Positions 39,424-49,719 of a stretch of DNA of 64,000 bases are shown piece after piece. The position numbers were made by a program, and so were the translations under genes. Origin of the DNA: Cypionkella sp. GTDB taxonomy: Bacteria; Pseudomonadota; Alphaproteobacteria; Rhodobacterales; Rhodobacteraceae. Positions within the stretch are counted from its first letter, which is position 1; each line of letters opens with the position of its first letter. The notes under the pieces were generated by a model. It was not told where the DNA came from, did no database searches, and saw only the letters and a list, made by a program, of their open reading frames with translations. The DNA lies in the NCBI GenBank assembly GCA_965248485.1, contig OZ252107.1:36199-100198 (forward strand), read 5' to 3'.

Positions 39424-39452
39424 AATTGGGGATTGCGCGGGCTGCTGTCAAT
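39424..39452 (-). promoter_or_regulatory. Putative RpoH-type promoter of hrcA-grpE (ATTGAC-N16-CCCAATT)
   Basis: Spacing fits the RpoH consensus; no SD before the hrcA ATG, so the mRNA may be near-leaderless. Confidence 0.35.
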
Positions 39453-39510
39453 GCCGCTTGCATCAGCGCGCGGCCTTGGCATATCTGGCACAAATGTGAA
39501 AGGAAACACC

Positions 39511-40227
39511 ATGCGGCCATCGGGCAGAAACCTAGACCAAATGCGCACGGTTTCGATTGAAATCGACGTGATGAAACACGCTGAAGGGTCGTGCCTGATC
39601 AAAATGGGCGACACGCAAGTGCTATGCAGCGCCACGCTAGAAGAAAAGGCCCCACCGTTCTTGAAAAACACAGGCCAGGGCTGGGTTACGGCGGAATATG
39701 GGATGCTGCCCCGCGCGACCAATTCACGCACGCGGCGCGAGGCGGCTGCAGGCAAGCAATCTGGAAGAACACAAGAAATTCAACGGCTTATCGGCCGCTC
39801 TTTGCGCGCAGGCGTTGATCGCGCCGCCTTGGGTGAACGGCAAATCGTGGTGGATTGCGATGTGATCCAGGCCGATGGCGGCACGCGCTGTGCCTCGATC
39901 ACAGGGGGATGGGTGGCGCTGCGGCTGGCGGTGAACAAAATGCTAAAGGCGGGGATGATCACCTCGGACCCGATTCTTGACCATGTGGTTGCCATTTCCT
40001 GCGGCATCTATGCAGGCCAACCCGTTCTGGATTTGGATTATGCCGAGGATTCGGCGGCAGGAACAGACGGCAATTTCATCGCCACAGGTCGCGGAAAAAT
40101 GATCGAAATTCAAATGAGCGCCGAGGGGGCGACCTTTTCGCGCGATGAGTTGAACATTCTGCTGGACCTGTCGTTGAAAGGCGGGGCCGACCTGGTCGCG
40201 GCGCAAAAGGCCGCGTTGGGCCTGTAA
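39511..40227 (+). CDS. rph: Ribonuclease PH
   Basis: [54 protein letters not shown]. Confidence 0.96.
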   Translation: MRPSGRNLDQMRTVSIEIDVMKHAEGSCLIKMGDTQVLCSATLEEKAPPFLKNTGQGWVTAEYGMLPRATNSRTRREAAAGKQSGRTQEIQRLIGRSLRAGVDRAALGERQIVVDCDVIQADGGTRCASITGGWVALRLAVNKMLKAGMITSDPILDHVVAISCGIYAGQPVLDLDYAEDSAAGTDGNFIATGRGKMIEIQMSAEGATFSRDELNILLDLSLKGGADLVAAQKAALGL

Positions 40228-40836
40228 ATGCGGCGTTTGACCGAACCAAAATTGGTGGTTGCCACCCATAACGCGGGCAAGCTGGCCGAAATCGCCGCCT
40301 TGCTCGCCCCGTTTTCTGTGACGGCCGTTTCGGCAGGCGCGCTGAGCCTACCCGAGCCTGCCGAAACCGAAACCACCTTCATCGGCAATGCGCGGATCAA
40401 GGCCCACGCCGCAGCGCAGGCCACGGGTTTGCCCGCATTGGCCGATGATTCGGGGATAACCGTGGATGCTTTGGGCGGAAACCCAGGCGTTTACACCGCC
40501 GACTGGGCCGAAACGCCGAACGGGCGTGACTTTCATATGGCAATGGATCGGGTCTATGCCGAACTTCAGGCCAAAAACGCCCCCTACCCGCGACTTGCGC
40601 AATTTCGCTGCACCTTGGTGCTGGCTTGGCCCGATGGGCATGACGAGGTGTTCGACGGCGTGATGGAAGGCGAAGTGGTTTGGCCAAAGCGCGGTCAAAA
40701 CGGCCACGGATATGACCCTATATTTCAACCCTTAGGCCAGTCGCTGACCTTTGCCGAAATGGACGAGGCCGCGAAAAATGCGATCAGCCATCGCGGCAAA
40801 GCCTTTGCCAAACTGGTCGCGGGCTGCTTTGCATGA
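40228..40836 (+). CDS. rdgB: Non-canonical purine NTP pyrophosphatase (RdgB/HAM1)
   Basis: ATHNAGK, ALADDSG, GHGYDPIF, KNAISHRGKA. Confidence 0.94.
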   Translation: MRRLTEPKLVVATHNAGKLAEIAALLAPFSVTAVSAGALSLPEPAETETTFIGNARIKAHAAAQATGLPALADDSGITVDALGGNPGVYTADWAETPNGRDFHMAMDRVYAELQAKNAPYPRLAQFRCTLVLAWPDGHDEVFDGVMEGEVVWPKRGQNGHGYDPIFQPLGQSLTFAEMDEAAKNAISHRGKAFAKLVAGCFA

Positions 40837-41984
40837 ATGATTGGCAAAATGGTGGCTTTGGCCTGTATATCCATTGGCCATTTTGCGCCGCCAAATGCCC
40901 CTATTGCGATTTTAACAGCCATGTCTCGGCGCATATCGACCAAGCGCGCTGGAAAACCGCCTATTTGGCCGAAATCGCCCGTGCCAGTGCCGAAACGGCG
41001 GGCCGAAGGTTGGACACGATCTTTTTCGGCGGAGGCACGCCATCGCTGATGAACCCCGATCTGGTGGCCGAAATTGTCGGCGCCGCCCGCGCCGCTTGGC
41101 CGATGCGGAATGATCCTGAAATAACGCTAGAGGCGAACCCAACCTCGATTGAATCGGGCCGTTTCGCGGCCTTTCGGCAAGGCGGTGTGACGCGGGTATC
41201 GATGGGAATGCAGGCGATGAATGATGCCGACCTGCGCCGTTTGGGGCGGATGCATACGGCGGCCGAAGCGATGGCAGCCTTCGACATCGCCCGCCAGCAT
41301 TTCGACCGGGTGAATTTCGATCTGATCTATGCGCGACAAGACCAAACTCTGCCCGATTGGCGCGCTGAATTGACCCGCGCGTTGGATTTGGCGGTGGATC
41401 ACCTGTCGCTGTATCAACTGACCATTGAAGACGGCACGGCCTTTGGCGCGCGGCAGCAGGCGGGTGGACTTAAGGGCCTGCCGAATGATGACCTATCCGC
41501 CGATATGTATGCGTTGACCCAAGATTTGACCGCAGCCAAAGGGCTGGCGGGCTACGAGATTTCCAATCACGCCCGCGAGGCTGCGCAATCGCAGCACAAT
41601 CTGATTTATTGGCGGGGCGGTGACTATATCGGCATCGGGCCAGGGGCGCATGGGCGGCTGACGCTGGACGGGGTGCGCTGGGCCACGGAATGCCCGAAAT
41701 CGCCCGAACTTTGGCTGCAGATGGTGGCCGCAGGCAAAGGCGAGGCCCCGCGCGAGGCGCTGTCGCGCGAGTCCCATGCGCTGGAATATCTGATGATGTC
41801 TTTGCGCCTAAGCGAAGGGATGTCCCTGCCGCGCTACAACAGTTTATCGCCTGTGCCGCTGGACATGGCCCAAGTGGGCGATTTGGTTAATATGGGTCTT
41901 TTGGGCCATGTTAGTGACAGAATCTTTCCCACCGATGCGGGAAAGATTGTGCTAAATTCGATCATCCGCCACTTAGCGGCTTAG
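40833..41984 (+). CDS. hemW: Radical SAM heme chaperone HemW
   Basis: LYIHWPFCAAKCPYCDFNS, FFGGGTPS, EITLEANP, YEISN, HNLIYW. Confidence 0.92.
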   Translation: MNDWQNGGFGLYIHWPFCAAKCPYCDFNSHVSAHIDQARWKTAYLAEIARASAETAGRRLDTIFFGGGTPSLMNPDLVAEIVGAARAAWPMRNDPEITLEANPTSIESGRFAAFRQGGVTRVSMGMQAMNDADLRRLGRMHTAAEAMAAFDIARQHFDRVNFDLIYARQDQTLPDWRAELTRALDLAVDHLSLYQLTIEDGTAFGARQQAGGLKGLPNDDLSADMYALTQDLTAAKGLAGYEISNHAREAAQSQHNLIYWRGGDYIGIGPGAHGRLTLDGVRWATECPKSPELWLQMVAAGKGEAPREALSRESHALEYLMMSLRLSEGMSLPRYNSLSPVPLDMAQVGDLVNMGLLGHVSDRIFPTDAGKIVLNSIIRHLAA

Positions 41985-42884
41985 GTCGCCGGCAACCTCA
42001 ACCATCGAGAGCAGACTGCACAGCCGATCCAGATCTTCTAGCGTTTTGTAGGTAATGGTCACAGTTCCACCGCCGCCTGTAGCGTGGTCGATCGACACAC
42101 CCATTCTCATCCCCGCAGAAAGGTCGGCTTCCAGCGCCTTGGTGTCGGCGTCTTTTTCAAAACGCGCCCGGAATGGCACGGGCGCTGCGTTGTTTGGCTC
42201 CGTAGGTTTTTTGCGCAACATGTCTTCGACCGCGCGCACCGAAAGCCCCTTGCTGGCGACCTGCAAAGCAATGATCTCGGCATCAGGGTTGCCAATCAGC
42301 GCCCGCGCATGGCCAGCGGTGATGCGACCGTTACGCACCAAGTCCTGAACAGTTTCAGGCAAGGTCAGCAGGCGCAACAAATTGGCAATATGGCTGCGGC
42401 TGCGGGCCAAACCTTCGGCAATTTTCTCTTGGGTATGCCCGAACTTATCCATCAATTGCTTGTAGGCTTGCGCCTCGTCGATGGCGTTCAGATCGGCGCG
42501 CTGGATATTCTCGATGATCGCAATTTCCAACATTTCCAAATCGGAAACGTCGCGGATCAGAACGGGCAATTCGTGCAAATTGGCGGCCTGGGCAGCGCGC
42601 CAGCGACGCTCGCCAGCGACAATTTCATACTGGCCCCCAGATGGCCGCACGATTAGGGGTTGAATCACACCTTTTTGACGAATCGATTCGGCCAGCTCCT
42701 CTAGGGCCTGCGGCTCAAACAGGCGACGGGGCTGGTTCGGGTTGGGGAAAATCATTTCGATGGGCAAATGCGTATCTGGCGCGCGCTCGGCAACGGGGGC
42801 GCTGCGCGAAGTATCCATATTCACATCAGCCATAAGCGCCGATAAGCCGCGCCCCAAACCACGACGATCATTCTTTTTGTCCAT
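41973..42884 (-). CDS. parB: Chromosome partitioning protein ParB
   Basis: GLGRGLSAL, PNPNQPRR, GVIQP, AGERRWRAA, IENIQRADL; start at ATG 42884 (GTG 42893 is an alternative). Confidence 0.96.
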   Translation of the reverse strand: MDKKNDRRGLGRGLSALMADVNMDTSRSAPVAERAPDTHLPIEMIFPNPNQPRRLFEPQALEELAESIRQKGVIQPLIVRPSGGQYEIVAGERRWRAAQAANLHELPVLIRDVSDLEMLEIAIIENIQRADLNAIDEAQAYKQLMDKFGHTQEKIAEGLARSRSHIANLLRLLTLPETVQDLVRNGRITAGHARALIGNPDAEIIALQVASKGLSVRAVEDMLRKKPTEPNNAAPVPFRARFEKDADTKALEADLSAGMRMGVSIDHATGGGGTVTITYKTLEDLDRLCSLLSMVEVAGDLSR

Positions 42885-42896
42885 ATTAGACACTCC

Positions 42897-43685
42897 CTAA
42901 CGGTTCAGCGGGTGGCGGGCCAGCACCTCGAGCACAAGCGCGCGATACGCCTCTGCCCCTTTGGATTGGCCATCATAGGTTAGCACTGATTGCGCAAAAG
43001 ACGGCGCTTCCGACAGACGCACATTGCGTGGAATCACCGTTGCAAAGACCAAATCACCCAAAGTTTCGCGCACATCTGCTTCGACCTGCTGGGACAAGCG
43101 GTTACGGGCATCTGTCATGGTTAAAACCACGCCTTCGATTCGCAAAGTTGGGTTGGCGGTCTGGCGAACCTCGCGGATGGTGACCATAAGTTGCGACAGG
43201 CCTTCCAAAGCAAAGAACTCTGCTTGCAGGGGCACCAAGACCGAATGGCTGGCAATCATCGCGTTCACAGTCAAAAGGCTAAGGGATGGCGGGCAATCAA
43301 TCAGGATAAAATCCAGATCCATCGCCGCAACATCGTGTCCATGCATCGCATCATGCAGCAAAAAGCTGCGCTTTTCGTTGGAAACCAAATCGATATCAGC
43401 CGAAGCAAGGTCGGCGTTCGCGGGGCAAACCAGCAAGCCCTCTGTTGCAGTTGTCTGGCTTGCGCGCGAGAGGGGGACATCGTCCATCAAAACATCATAG
43501 GTCGTGACATCGCGCGCCAAGGTGGCAATCCCCAGCCCTGTCGAACTGTTGCCTTGCGGATCAAGATCAACCAACAGCACGCGCGCGCCTTTTTCGACCA
43601 AACCAGCGGCAAGATTTATGGCCGTTGTGGTTTTTCCCACGCCGCCCTTTTGATTTGCGATAGAAATGATTTTCGGGTCTGCCAT
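42897..43685 (-). CDS. parA: Chromosome partitioning ATPase ParA
   Basis: [45 protein letters not shown]. Confidence 0.96.
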   Translation of the reverse strand: MADPKIISIANQKGGVGKTTTAINLAAGLVEKGARVLLVDLDPQGNSSTGLGIATLARDVTTYDVLMDDVPLSRASQTTATEGLLVCPANADLASADIDLVSNEKRSFLLHDAMHGHDVAAMDLDFILIDCPPSLSLLTVNAMIASHSVLVPLQAEFFALEGLSQLMVTIREVRQTANPTLRIEGVVLTMTDARNRLSQQVEADVRETLGDLVFATVIPRNVRLSEAPSFAQSVLTYDGQSKGAEAYRALVLEVLARHPLNR

Positions 43686-43693
43686 TGGTCTGC

Positions 43694-44302
43694 CTATCGT
43701 TTTTCTATGTTTTTGATGATCAAAAGCGTGGCTTCGTGATCGGTTTTGCTGAGAACTTGGTGATAGTCAAAGCTCCAATCCTGTTGCGCCACGGCTATTT
43801 CTTGCTGCAAACCACGACCCTTTGGAAAAATCGCGCTTCCGTGCGGAGACATGTGGGTGTTCGCATGGCCCAGCAAATCTGTCAACGCAGCAAGGGCCCG
43901 TGCTGTGATTATTTCGGCGCGCAAGGGGTCAATTTGATCGATTCGCTTTGATAGCACCTGTACATCCAACGACAGCTTCCGCGCAGCTTGCCGCAGAAAG
44001 GTCGCTTTGCGTTGGTCGGATTCCACCAAAACCACGTTTGGCGCACCCAGAATGGCCATGACAATACCTGGGAATCCCGCACCGCTGCCGATATCTACCC
44101 AAACCCCTGCATAGGATGGGGCGAGCGGGTAAATCTGAGCCGAATCCAAAATATGGCGCTGCCATATGTCCGACACTGTATTCTTGGATATCAGATTGAT
44201 CGCGGGCGTCCAGCGCAACACCTCGTCGGCGAAAAGGCCCAGCTTTTCAGATGTTTCACGTGAAACATTCAACCAATCTGGTAAGGGGCGGTGCAGCATC
44301 AC
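43694..44302 (-). CDS. rsmG: 16S rRNA m7G527 methyltransferase (GidB)
   Basis: [34 protein letters not shown]. Confidence 0.95.
   Translation of the reverse strand: MMLHRPLPDWLNVSRETSEKLGLFADEVLRWTPAINLISKNTVSDIWQRHILDSAQIYPLAPSYAGVWVDIGSGAGFPGIVMAILGAPNVVLVESDQRKATFLRQAARKLSLDVQVLSKRIDQIDPLRAEIITARALAALTDLLGHANTHMSPHGSAIFPKGRGLQQEIAVAQQDWSFDYHQVLSKTDHEATLLIIKNIEKR
44252..44267. promoter_or_regulatory. parS centromere site inside rsmG
   Basis: Perfect TGTTTCACGTGAAACA; the palindrome extends to 18 bp (44251-44268). Confidence 0.93.
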
Positions 44303-46161
44303 GCCAAACGCTCTTTCGGAGGGCGGCGCAGGTGCGAAATGATCAACAAAAGCGCTGCCGGCGTCATCCCTTCGATCTGACCGGCCTGATGCACGTTTGA
44401 TGGCGCCACTTTCTTCAGTTTCGCAGATAACTCATTCGAAAGGCCCGGCAAGCGCGTGTAGTCAAATTCTGCTGGTATCGCCAGCGCCTCATCATCCCGT
44501 AGGCGCTGAATGTCACGCTCTTGCCGCATGATATACTGAACATACAGCGCGTCCCGCGCCGTCTGTTGTTGAATTTCCGCGCTAAACCCCGCAAAGGCCG
44601 GCACCAAAACCGCTGCCTGCTCCAGTGTTGTGTCCTGAAAGGCCAACACGTCAAAGGCTGACCTGCGGCCACCATCCAGGCTGACTTGCACGCCCACATC
44701 CGCCAACTGCTTTGGCGTAAAGGCGCTGCCCGAAAGACAGGATCTTGCGGCGGCCAGCGATTCCATCTTTTGCGCAAAGGCCGCTTGCCGCCTTTGCGAC
44801 ACCACGCCCAAATCAATGGCGCATTGTGTCAGGCGCTGGTCGGCGTTATCTGCGCGAAGGGTCAAACGGTATTCCGCACGGGACGTGAACATGCGATATG
44901 GCTCCGTCACACCGTGCGTTGTCAGGTCATCGATCATCACGCCGATATAGCTGTCAGCGCGGCTAAACCTGTGCGGCGGCCTGCCTTGCGACTGCAAGGC
45001 CGCGTTCAGCCCCGCAACCATTCCCTGCGCTGCGGCTTCTTCATATCCTGTGGTGCCATTGATTTGCCCAGCAAAGAACAAGCCTGCCACCGCTTTGACT
45101 TGCAAGGTCAAATCCAAGCCGCGGGGATCGAAATAATCGTATTCGATAGCATAACCAGGCTGCGTGATGGTAACGCTTTCCAGCCCTTTGATGCTGCGCA
45201 CATAGGCCTGCTGCACATCGGCGGGCAGCGAGGTTGAAATGCCGTTGGGATAGATCGTGCTATCGTCCAAGCCCTCAGGCTCTAGAAAGATTTGGTGGTG
45301 GTCCTTATCGGCGAATCGCACAACCTTGTCTTCGATCGAAGGGCAATAGCGCGGCCCAACCCCGCTGATATGCCCGCCATACATCGCGGATCGGCCTAAA
45401 TTGCTGCGCACTATATCATGCGTCTGCGTGTTGGTTTCAGTCACGCCGCAGGAAATTTGCCGAACGAAGGGGGCCTTGTTCAGGAAGGAAAACATCACCG
45501 GGTCATCGTCCCCCGGTTGGCTACCCAAAACGTCCCAATTGATCGTGCGCCCATCAAGCCGTGGGGGCGTTCCTGTTTTTAACCGACCCCGACCAAGGCC
45601 AAGGTCACCCAATTGCTCGGCCAGCAAGATCGAAGGTGCATCGCCAACTCGGCCACCCGCGCGTTGCTGATCGCCGACATGAATCACGCCGTTTAAAAAG
45701 GTGCCGGCCGTCAAAACGACTGCCTTGCTCGCAATTGCTGTGCCATCTGCCAGCGTGACCCCCTCGATACGGCCAAAGGATAAGGTCAGGCCTGCCACTT
45801 CTGCCTCAATCACCGTCAGGTTTCGCGTGGCCGCCAACAAGGATTGAATCGCGTTGCGATACAGCTTGCGGTCGGCTTGGGTCCGCGGGCCCTGAACGGC
45901 TGGCCCTTTGCGACGGTTCAGCAGGCGAAACTGGATGCCTGCACGGTCAGCAGCCTCGCCCATAATCCCGTCAAAGGCGTCTACCTCTCGCACCAGATGC
46001 CCTTTGCCAAGGCCACCAATTGCTGGGTTGCAGGACATCACGCCAATGCCATCGCGGCGCAGGCTGATCAGCGCCGTTTGCGCACCCGCGCGCGCCGCCA
46101 CAGCAGCCGCTTCGGCCCCCGCGTGGCCGCCACCGATCACAATGACATCAAATTGTTTCAC
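44299..46161 (-). CDS. mnmG: tRNA uridine-5-carboxymethylaminomethyl synthesis enzyme (GidA)
   Basis: [55 protein letters not shown]; GTG start with SD AGGAG. Confidence 0.97.
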   Translation of the reverse strand: MKQFDVIVIGGGHAGAEAAAVAARAGAQTALISLRRDGIGVMSCNPAIGGLGKGHLVREVDAFDGIMGEAADRAGIQFRLLNRRKGPAVQGPRTQADRKLYRNAIQSLLAATRNLTVIEAEVAGLTLSFGRIEGVTLADGTAIASKAVVLTAGTFLNGVIHVGDQQRAGGRVGDAPSILLAEQLGDLGLGRGRLKTGTPPRLDGRTINWDVLGSQPGDDDPVMFSFLNKAPFVRQISCGVTETNTQTHDIVRSNLGRSAMYGGHISGVGPRYCPSIEDKVVRFADKDHHQIFLEPEGLDDSTIYPNGISTSLPADVQQAYVRSIKGLESVTITQPGYAIEYDYFDPRGLDLTLQVKAVAGLFFAGQINGTTGYEEAAAQGMVAGLNAALQSQGRPPHRFSRADSYIGVMIDDLTTHGVTEPYRMFTSRAEYRLTLRADNADQRLTQCAIDLGVVSQRRQAAFAQKMESLAAARSCLSGSAFTPKQLADVGVQVSLDGGRRSAFDVLAFQDTTLEQAAVLVPAFAGFSAEIQQQTARDALYVQYIMRQERDIQRLRDDEALAIPAEFDYTRLPGLSNELSAKLKKVAPSNVHQAGQIEGMTPAALLLIISHLRRPPKERLA

Positions 46162-46169
46162 GTGAAACA
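46154..46169. promoter_or_regulatory. parS centromere site overlapping the mnmG start codon
   Basis: Perfect TGTTTCACGTGAAACA. Confidence 0.93.
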
Positions 46170-46172
46170 CTC

Positions 46173-47456
46173 CTACTTGCCGATGCAAAAGCTGCTGAAA
46201 ATTTCGCCCAGCAGGTCTTCGACCCCGATATGCCCCAATAATCCCTCTAGGGCAGTCAGGGCAACTCTTATTTCCGCGGCAACCACTTCGGGCAAAGTTG
46301 ACGCGCGTGGCAAAGTGTCCAAAGCCTTGCCCAAAGCAGCCTCGGCGGATTCCAGTGCCAATACGTGCCTTTGGCGGCTGAAAACACCAGCGGCAGCGGT
46401 CTTGTGGAGGAGTTTTCGTACAATTTCATCCAGCAAATCGGTCAACCCCATTCCCGTTTTTCCCGAGATTGACGCCACATCGCCACCTGCAAGATCGCCC
46501 TTGGCAAGCCGCACAATATCATCGCTGCGGCGATCCAGATCAAACACTTCATCTGGCCGCTGCATTAGAAAAATCCGCAAATCAGCCTGCTCCGCGCGCT
46601 GCTTGGCGCGCGCAATACCGATGCTTTCCACAACATCCGTCGACTCCCGCAGGCCAGCCGTGTCAAGCAGGGTTACCGCCAGCCCACCAATCGTCATTCG
46701 CACCTCGATCACATCGCGCGTCGTTCCCGCAATTTCCGATGTGATCGCCGCCTCGCGCTGCGCCAAAGCATTCAGAAGGGTAGACTTCCCCACGTTTGGG
46801 GCGCCCAGAATCGCCACTTCAAAACCCTCGCGGATGGCCGCCGCAGCGCCGCTTCTTGCGCGTTCCGCCGCTATATCTTGATGGACATGTTTCAAAAGGC
46901 TCACCACTTCGGGGGTTACGTCAACCGGCACATCCTCATCCGCGAAATCAATCGTTGCCTCAATCAGGGCTGCCGCTCGCAGCAAATCAGCCCGCCATGA
47001 TGCGACCTTGCCCGCGATTGCGCCCGACACCACTTGCAAAGCCTGCTTGCGCTGCGATTCTGATTCCGCGTCTATCAGATCGGCCAAACCTTCGACTTGG
47101 GTCAAATCCAATTTGCTATTGTCCAATGCACGGCGTGTAAACTCCCCCGCTTCCGCCATGCGCAAGCCGTCCATTTGCGCCAAAACGGCAGCCAGCTTTG
47201 TTACAACCGCAAGCGAGCCGTGAACATGCAACTCGACCAGATCTTCGCCTGTAAAGCTATGCGGTGCGGCAAAAACCAAAACCAAGGCTTGGTCGAGCGC
47301 CTCTTGCTGCCAGCGCAGCACGCGCAGCCCCGCCTGCCGCACGGGCGGAAGCGTGCAAAGCTGCGCAATGGCACAATGCGCGCGCGGGCCAGAGATGCGC
47401 ACCACCGCCACCCCAGCCCGCCCCCGCGCCGAGGCTAGGGCGAAAATCGTGTCCAT
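46173..47456 (-). CDS. mnmE: tRNA modification GTPase (TrmE)
   Basis: [49 protein letters not shown]-terminal FSSFCIGK. Confidence 0.96.
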   Translation of the reverse strand: MDTIFALASARGRAGVAVVRISGPRAHCAIAQLCTLPPVRQAGLRVLRWQQEALDQALVLVFAAPHSFTGEDLVELHVHGSLAVVTKLAAVLAQMDGLRMAEAGEFTRRALDNSKLDLTQVEGLADLIDAESESQRKQALQVVSGAIAGKVASWRADLLRAAALIEATIDFADEDVPVDVTPEVVSLLKHVHQDIAAERARSGAAAAIREGFEVAILGAPNVGKSTLLNALAQREAAITSEIAGTTRDVIEVRMTIGGLAVTLLDTAGLRESTDVVESIGIARAKQRAEQADLRIFLMQRPDEVFDLDRRSDDIVRLAKGDLAGGDVASISGKTGMGLTDLLDEIVRKLLHKTAAAGVFSRQRHVLALESAEAALGKALDTLPRASTLPEVVAAEIRVALTALEGLLGHIGVEDLLGEIFSSFCIGK

Positions 47457-47474
47457 CAGCAACCTCTGCGCGGT

Positions 47475-48746
47475 TTAGCTGTTCATCGAATCGAAGAATT
47501 CGGCGTTCGTTTTGGTTTGCTTCAACTTGCCCAGCAAGAATTCGATCGCGTCTGTCGTGCCCATTGGGTTCAAGATGCGCCGCAGCACATAGGTTTTTTG
47601 CAAATCGACCTTGTCGATCAATAAATCTTCCTTCCGCGTGCCCGATTTCAGGATATCAATGGCTGGGAAAACGCGCTTATCGGCAACCTTGCGATCCAAG
47701 ACAATCTCGCTGTTGCCCGTGCCTTTGAATTCTTCAAAGATCACTTCATCCATCCGCGACCCTGTGTCGATCAGCGCGGTGGCGATGATGGTCAGGCTGC
47801 CACCCTCTTCGATATTCCGCGCGGCCCCGAAAAACCGCTTGGGACGCTGCAACGCGTTGGCATCCACGCCGCCCGTCAGCACCTTACCCGACGATGGCAC
47901 AACCGTGTTGAAGGCGCGGCCAAGGCGGGTGATGCTGTCCAGCAAAATCACAACATCGCGCTTATGCTCCACCAACCGCTTGGCTTTTTCGATCACCATT
48001 TCAGCCACGGCAACATGGCGTGTTGCCGGCTCGTCAAAGGTTGAAGACACGACTTCGCCCTTCACCGACCGCTGCATATCGGTCACCTCTTCGGGCCGTT
48101 CGTCGATCAGCAACACGATAAGGTAACATTCCGGGTGATTCGCCGCGATGGAATTGGCAATGTTTTGCAGCAACACGGTTTTACCTGTGCGCGGCGGCGC
48201 TACGATCAGCGCGCGTTGGCCTTTCCCGATCGGCGAGACAAGATCAATAACCCGCGAAGAGCGGTCCTTTATGGTGGGGTCTTCCACCTCCATCTTCAGC
48301 CTCTCATCAGGATAAAGCGGTGTCAGGTTATCAAAATGCACCTTATGGCGGGCTTTCTCAGGGTCATCGAAGTTGATCTTCGTGACCTTGGTCATGTGGA
48401 AATACCGCTCGCTTTCCTTGGGCGCGGCGATCACGCCTTCGATGGTATCGCCCGTGCGCAGCGAAAACTGCCGCAGGATTTCAGGGGATACGTATATATC
48501 ATCTGGCCCTGGCAAATAGTTGGCCGAAGGGCTGCGCAGAAAACCAAACCCGTCCTGCAACACTTCCAGCACACCATCGCCGCCAATTTCCCAACCCTCT
48601 TCGGCATGTTCTTTCAAGATCGAGAACATCATCTCGCCCTTGCGCATCGATGGGGCGTTTTCAATTTCCCATTCTTCTGCCATCGCCAGCAATTCAGCGG
48701 GCGTCTTGGCCTTAAGATCGGCAAGGTTCAAATGGTCTTTGGTCAT
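47475..48746 (-). CDS. rho: Transcription termination factor Rho
   Basis: [51 protein letters not shown]; SD AAGGAG. Confidence 0.98.
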   Translation of the reverse strand: MTKDHLNLADLKAKTPAELLAMAEEWEIENAPSMRKGEMMFSILKEHAEEGWEIGGDGVLEVLQDGFGFLRSPSANYLPGPDDIYVSPEILRQFSLRTGDTIEGVIAAPKESERYFHMTKVTKINFDDPEKARHKVHFDNLTPLYPDERLKMEVEDPTIKDRSSRVIDLVSPIGKGQRALIVAPPRTGKTVLLQNIANSIAANHPECYLIVLLIDERPEEVTDMQRSVKGEVVSSTFDEPATRHVAVAEMVIEKAKRLVEHKRDVVILLDSITRLGRAFNTVVPSSGKVLTGGVDANALQRPKRFFGAARNIEEGGSLTIIATALIDTGSRMDEVIFEEFKGTGNSEIVLDRKVADKRVFPAIDILKSGTRKEDLLIDKVDLQKTYVLRRILNPMGTTDAIEFLLGKLKQTKTNAEFFDSMNS

Positions 48747-48831
48747 GGCATGTCTCCTTGCGCCAAGGGCGCAGCGGGCAGAATGGGGATGTATACGAAA
48801 AGCGGAATGGCCGAATGGCCGCGCTGATGCT

Positions 48832-48860
48832 GCCCTAAGCCGCCCGCGCGCCGCTGTCAA
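48832..48860 (-). promoter_or_regulatory. Putative sigma70 promoter of rho (TTGACA-N17-TAGGGC)
   Basis: Consensus -35 at 48855-48860 and -10 at 48832-48837 on the minus strand. Confidence 0.55.
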
Positions 48861-48866
48861 GTTTTC

Positions 48867-49310
48867 TTAGAACTTCACAATAACGGCAAAGACGATAACA
48901 ATCATCAAAAGCGTTGGCACTTCGTTCATCAGACGAAAGGTGCGGCCCGAGATAGTGTTGGTTCCGGCCGCCAATTCCTTGCGCCGTGCGCCCAGCCACA
49001 TGTGAAAACCGGTCATTCCAAGCACCGAGGCCGCTTTCACCCAAGGCCATATCGCTGACCAATCTACCACACCAGGCATTGACACCAGCATCAGCCCAAA
49101 CACCCAAGTGGCAATCATCGCGGGGTTCATAATTGCCTTAATCAACCGCCGCTCCATCACCTCTAGCGTTTCGGTAAGGGCCGGGCCTTTTTCTGCCATC
49201 TCGACATGATAGACAAATAACCGCGGCAAATAGAATAATCCCGCCATCCATGCGATCACCGAAATCACATGCAGCGCCTTCACTGTGAAATACCAATCGC
49301 TCAAGTTCAT
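48867..49310 (-). CDS. hemJ: Protoporphyrinogen oxidase HemJ
   Basis: KALHVISVIAWMAGLFYLPRLFVYH, MERRL...IMNPAM, FRLMNEVPT. Confidence 0.93.
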   Translation of the reverse strand: MNLSDWYFTVKALHVISVIAWMAGLFYLPRLFVYHVEMAEKGPALTETLEVMERRLIKAIMNPAMIATWVFGLMLVSMPGVVDWSAIWPWVKAASVLGMTGFHMWLGARRKELAAGTNTISGRTFRLMNEVPTLLMIVIVFAVIVKF

Positions 49311-49719
49311 TACGGCCTCCTTCCTTCTTCTTAAAGAAAGATAAAGAAAAAGGAAGACGATGTTGTAGGGGCAGGGGATAACAGAATTGCCAGACTTTCC
49401 CCATCGGTTTTCCCCAAGGATAAGGCTGGGGATAGGTTCGGGAAAGAGGGTGCGATGCGCAGAATAGCATCGAAAACCTTATTAAATCAATGATATAACG
49501 GCCAAGGTAAATGTGGAAACTTCATCCCCACAGAACCGCGCGCCGAATCTTCCCCAACCAACTGCGCCCTTCATCCCCATGTGGGTATCTGCTTTGACCC
49601 TTCGCCAAATCCCCCCAATTCTCCCGCGTCTCGACAGTTTGGATAAAAGCGGGCAAAACTGGCGGGGTTCTTGCCCGCGAACAAAACCAGTTTTTCCACA
49701 GGGTTATCAAAAGGCTGTT
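49311..49719. other. Candidate chromosomal replication origin (oriC)
   Basis: 409-bp gap between divergent hemJ and maf; DnaA-box-like TTTTCCACA (49692-49700), TTATCCAAA (minus, 49638-49646), GTTTCCACA (minus, 49512-49520), TTATCCCCT (minus, 49373-49381); six TCCCCA motifs; AT-rich tract 49321-49356; IHF-like site; parAB and parS 3-7 kb away; gene orientation switches here. Confidence 0.85.
49485..49497 (+). promoter_or_regulatory. IHF-like binding site in the candidate oriC
   Basis: AATCAATGATATA versus consensus WATCAANNNNTTR, one mismatch, in AT-rich context. Confidence 0.5.

Noticed and set aside
39414-39510. CIRCE operator expected near hrcA
   Set aside because: No TTAGCACTC-N9-GAGTGCTAA or close variant seen here or before grpE or clpB.
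49479-49499. Possible CtrA box in the candidate origin (TTAA...ATAAC)
   Set aside because: Spacing is 9 rather than 7 and the second half-site is imperfect; the stretch fits an IHF site better.
49513-49719. N-terminal extension of maf in the ORF track; similar extensions for rho, pyrF, dnaQ, rph, msrA and the L,D-transpeptidase
   Set aside because: The extensions have no family similarity and run through regulatory DNA; downstream ATGs match the family N-termini.
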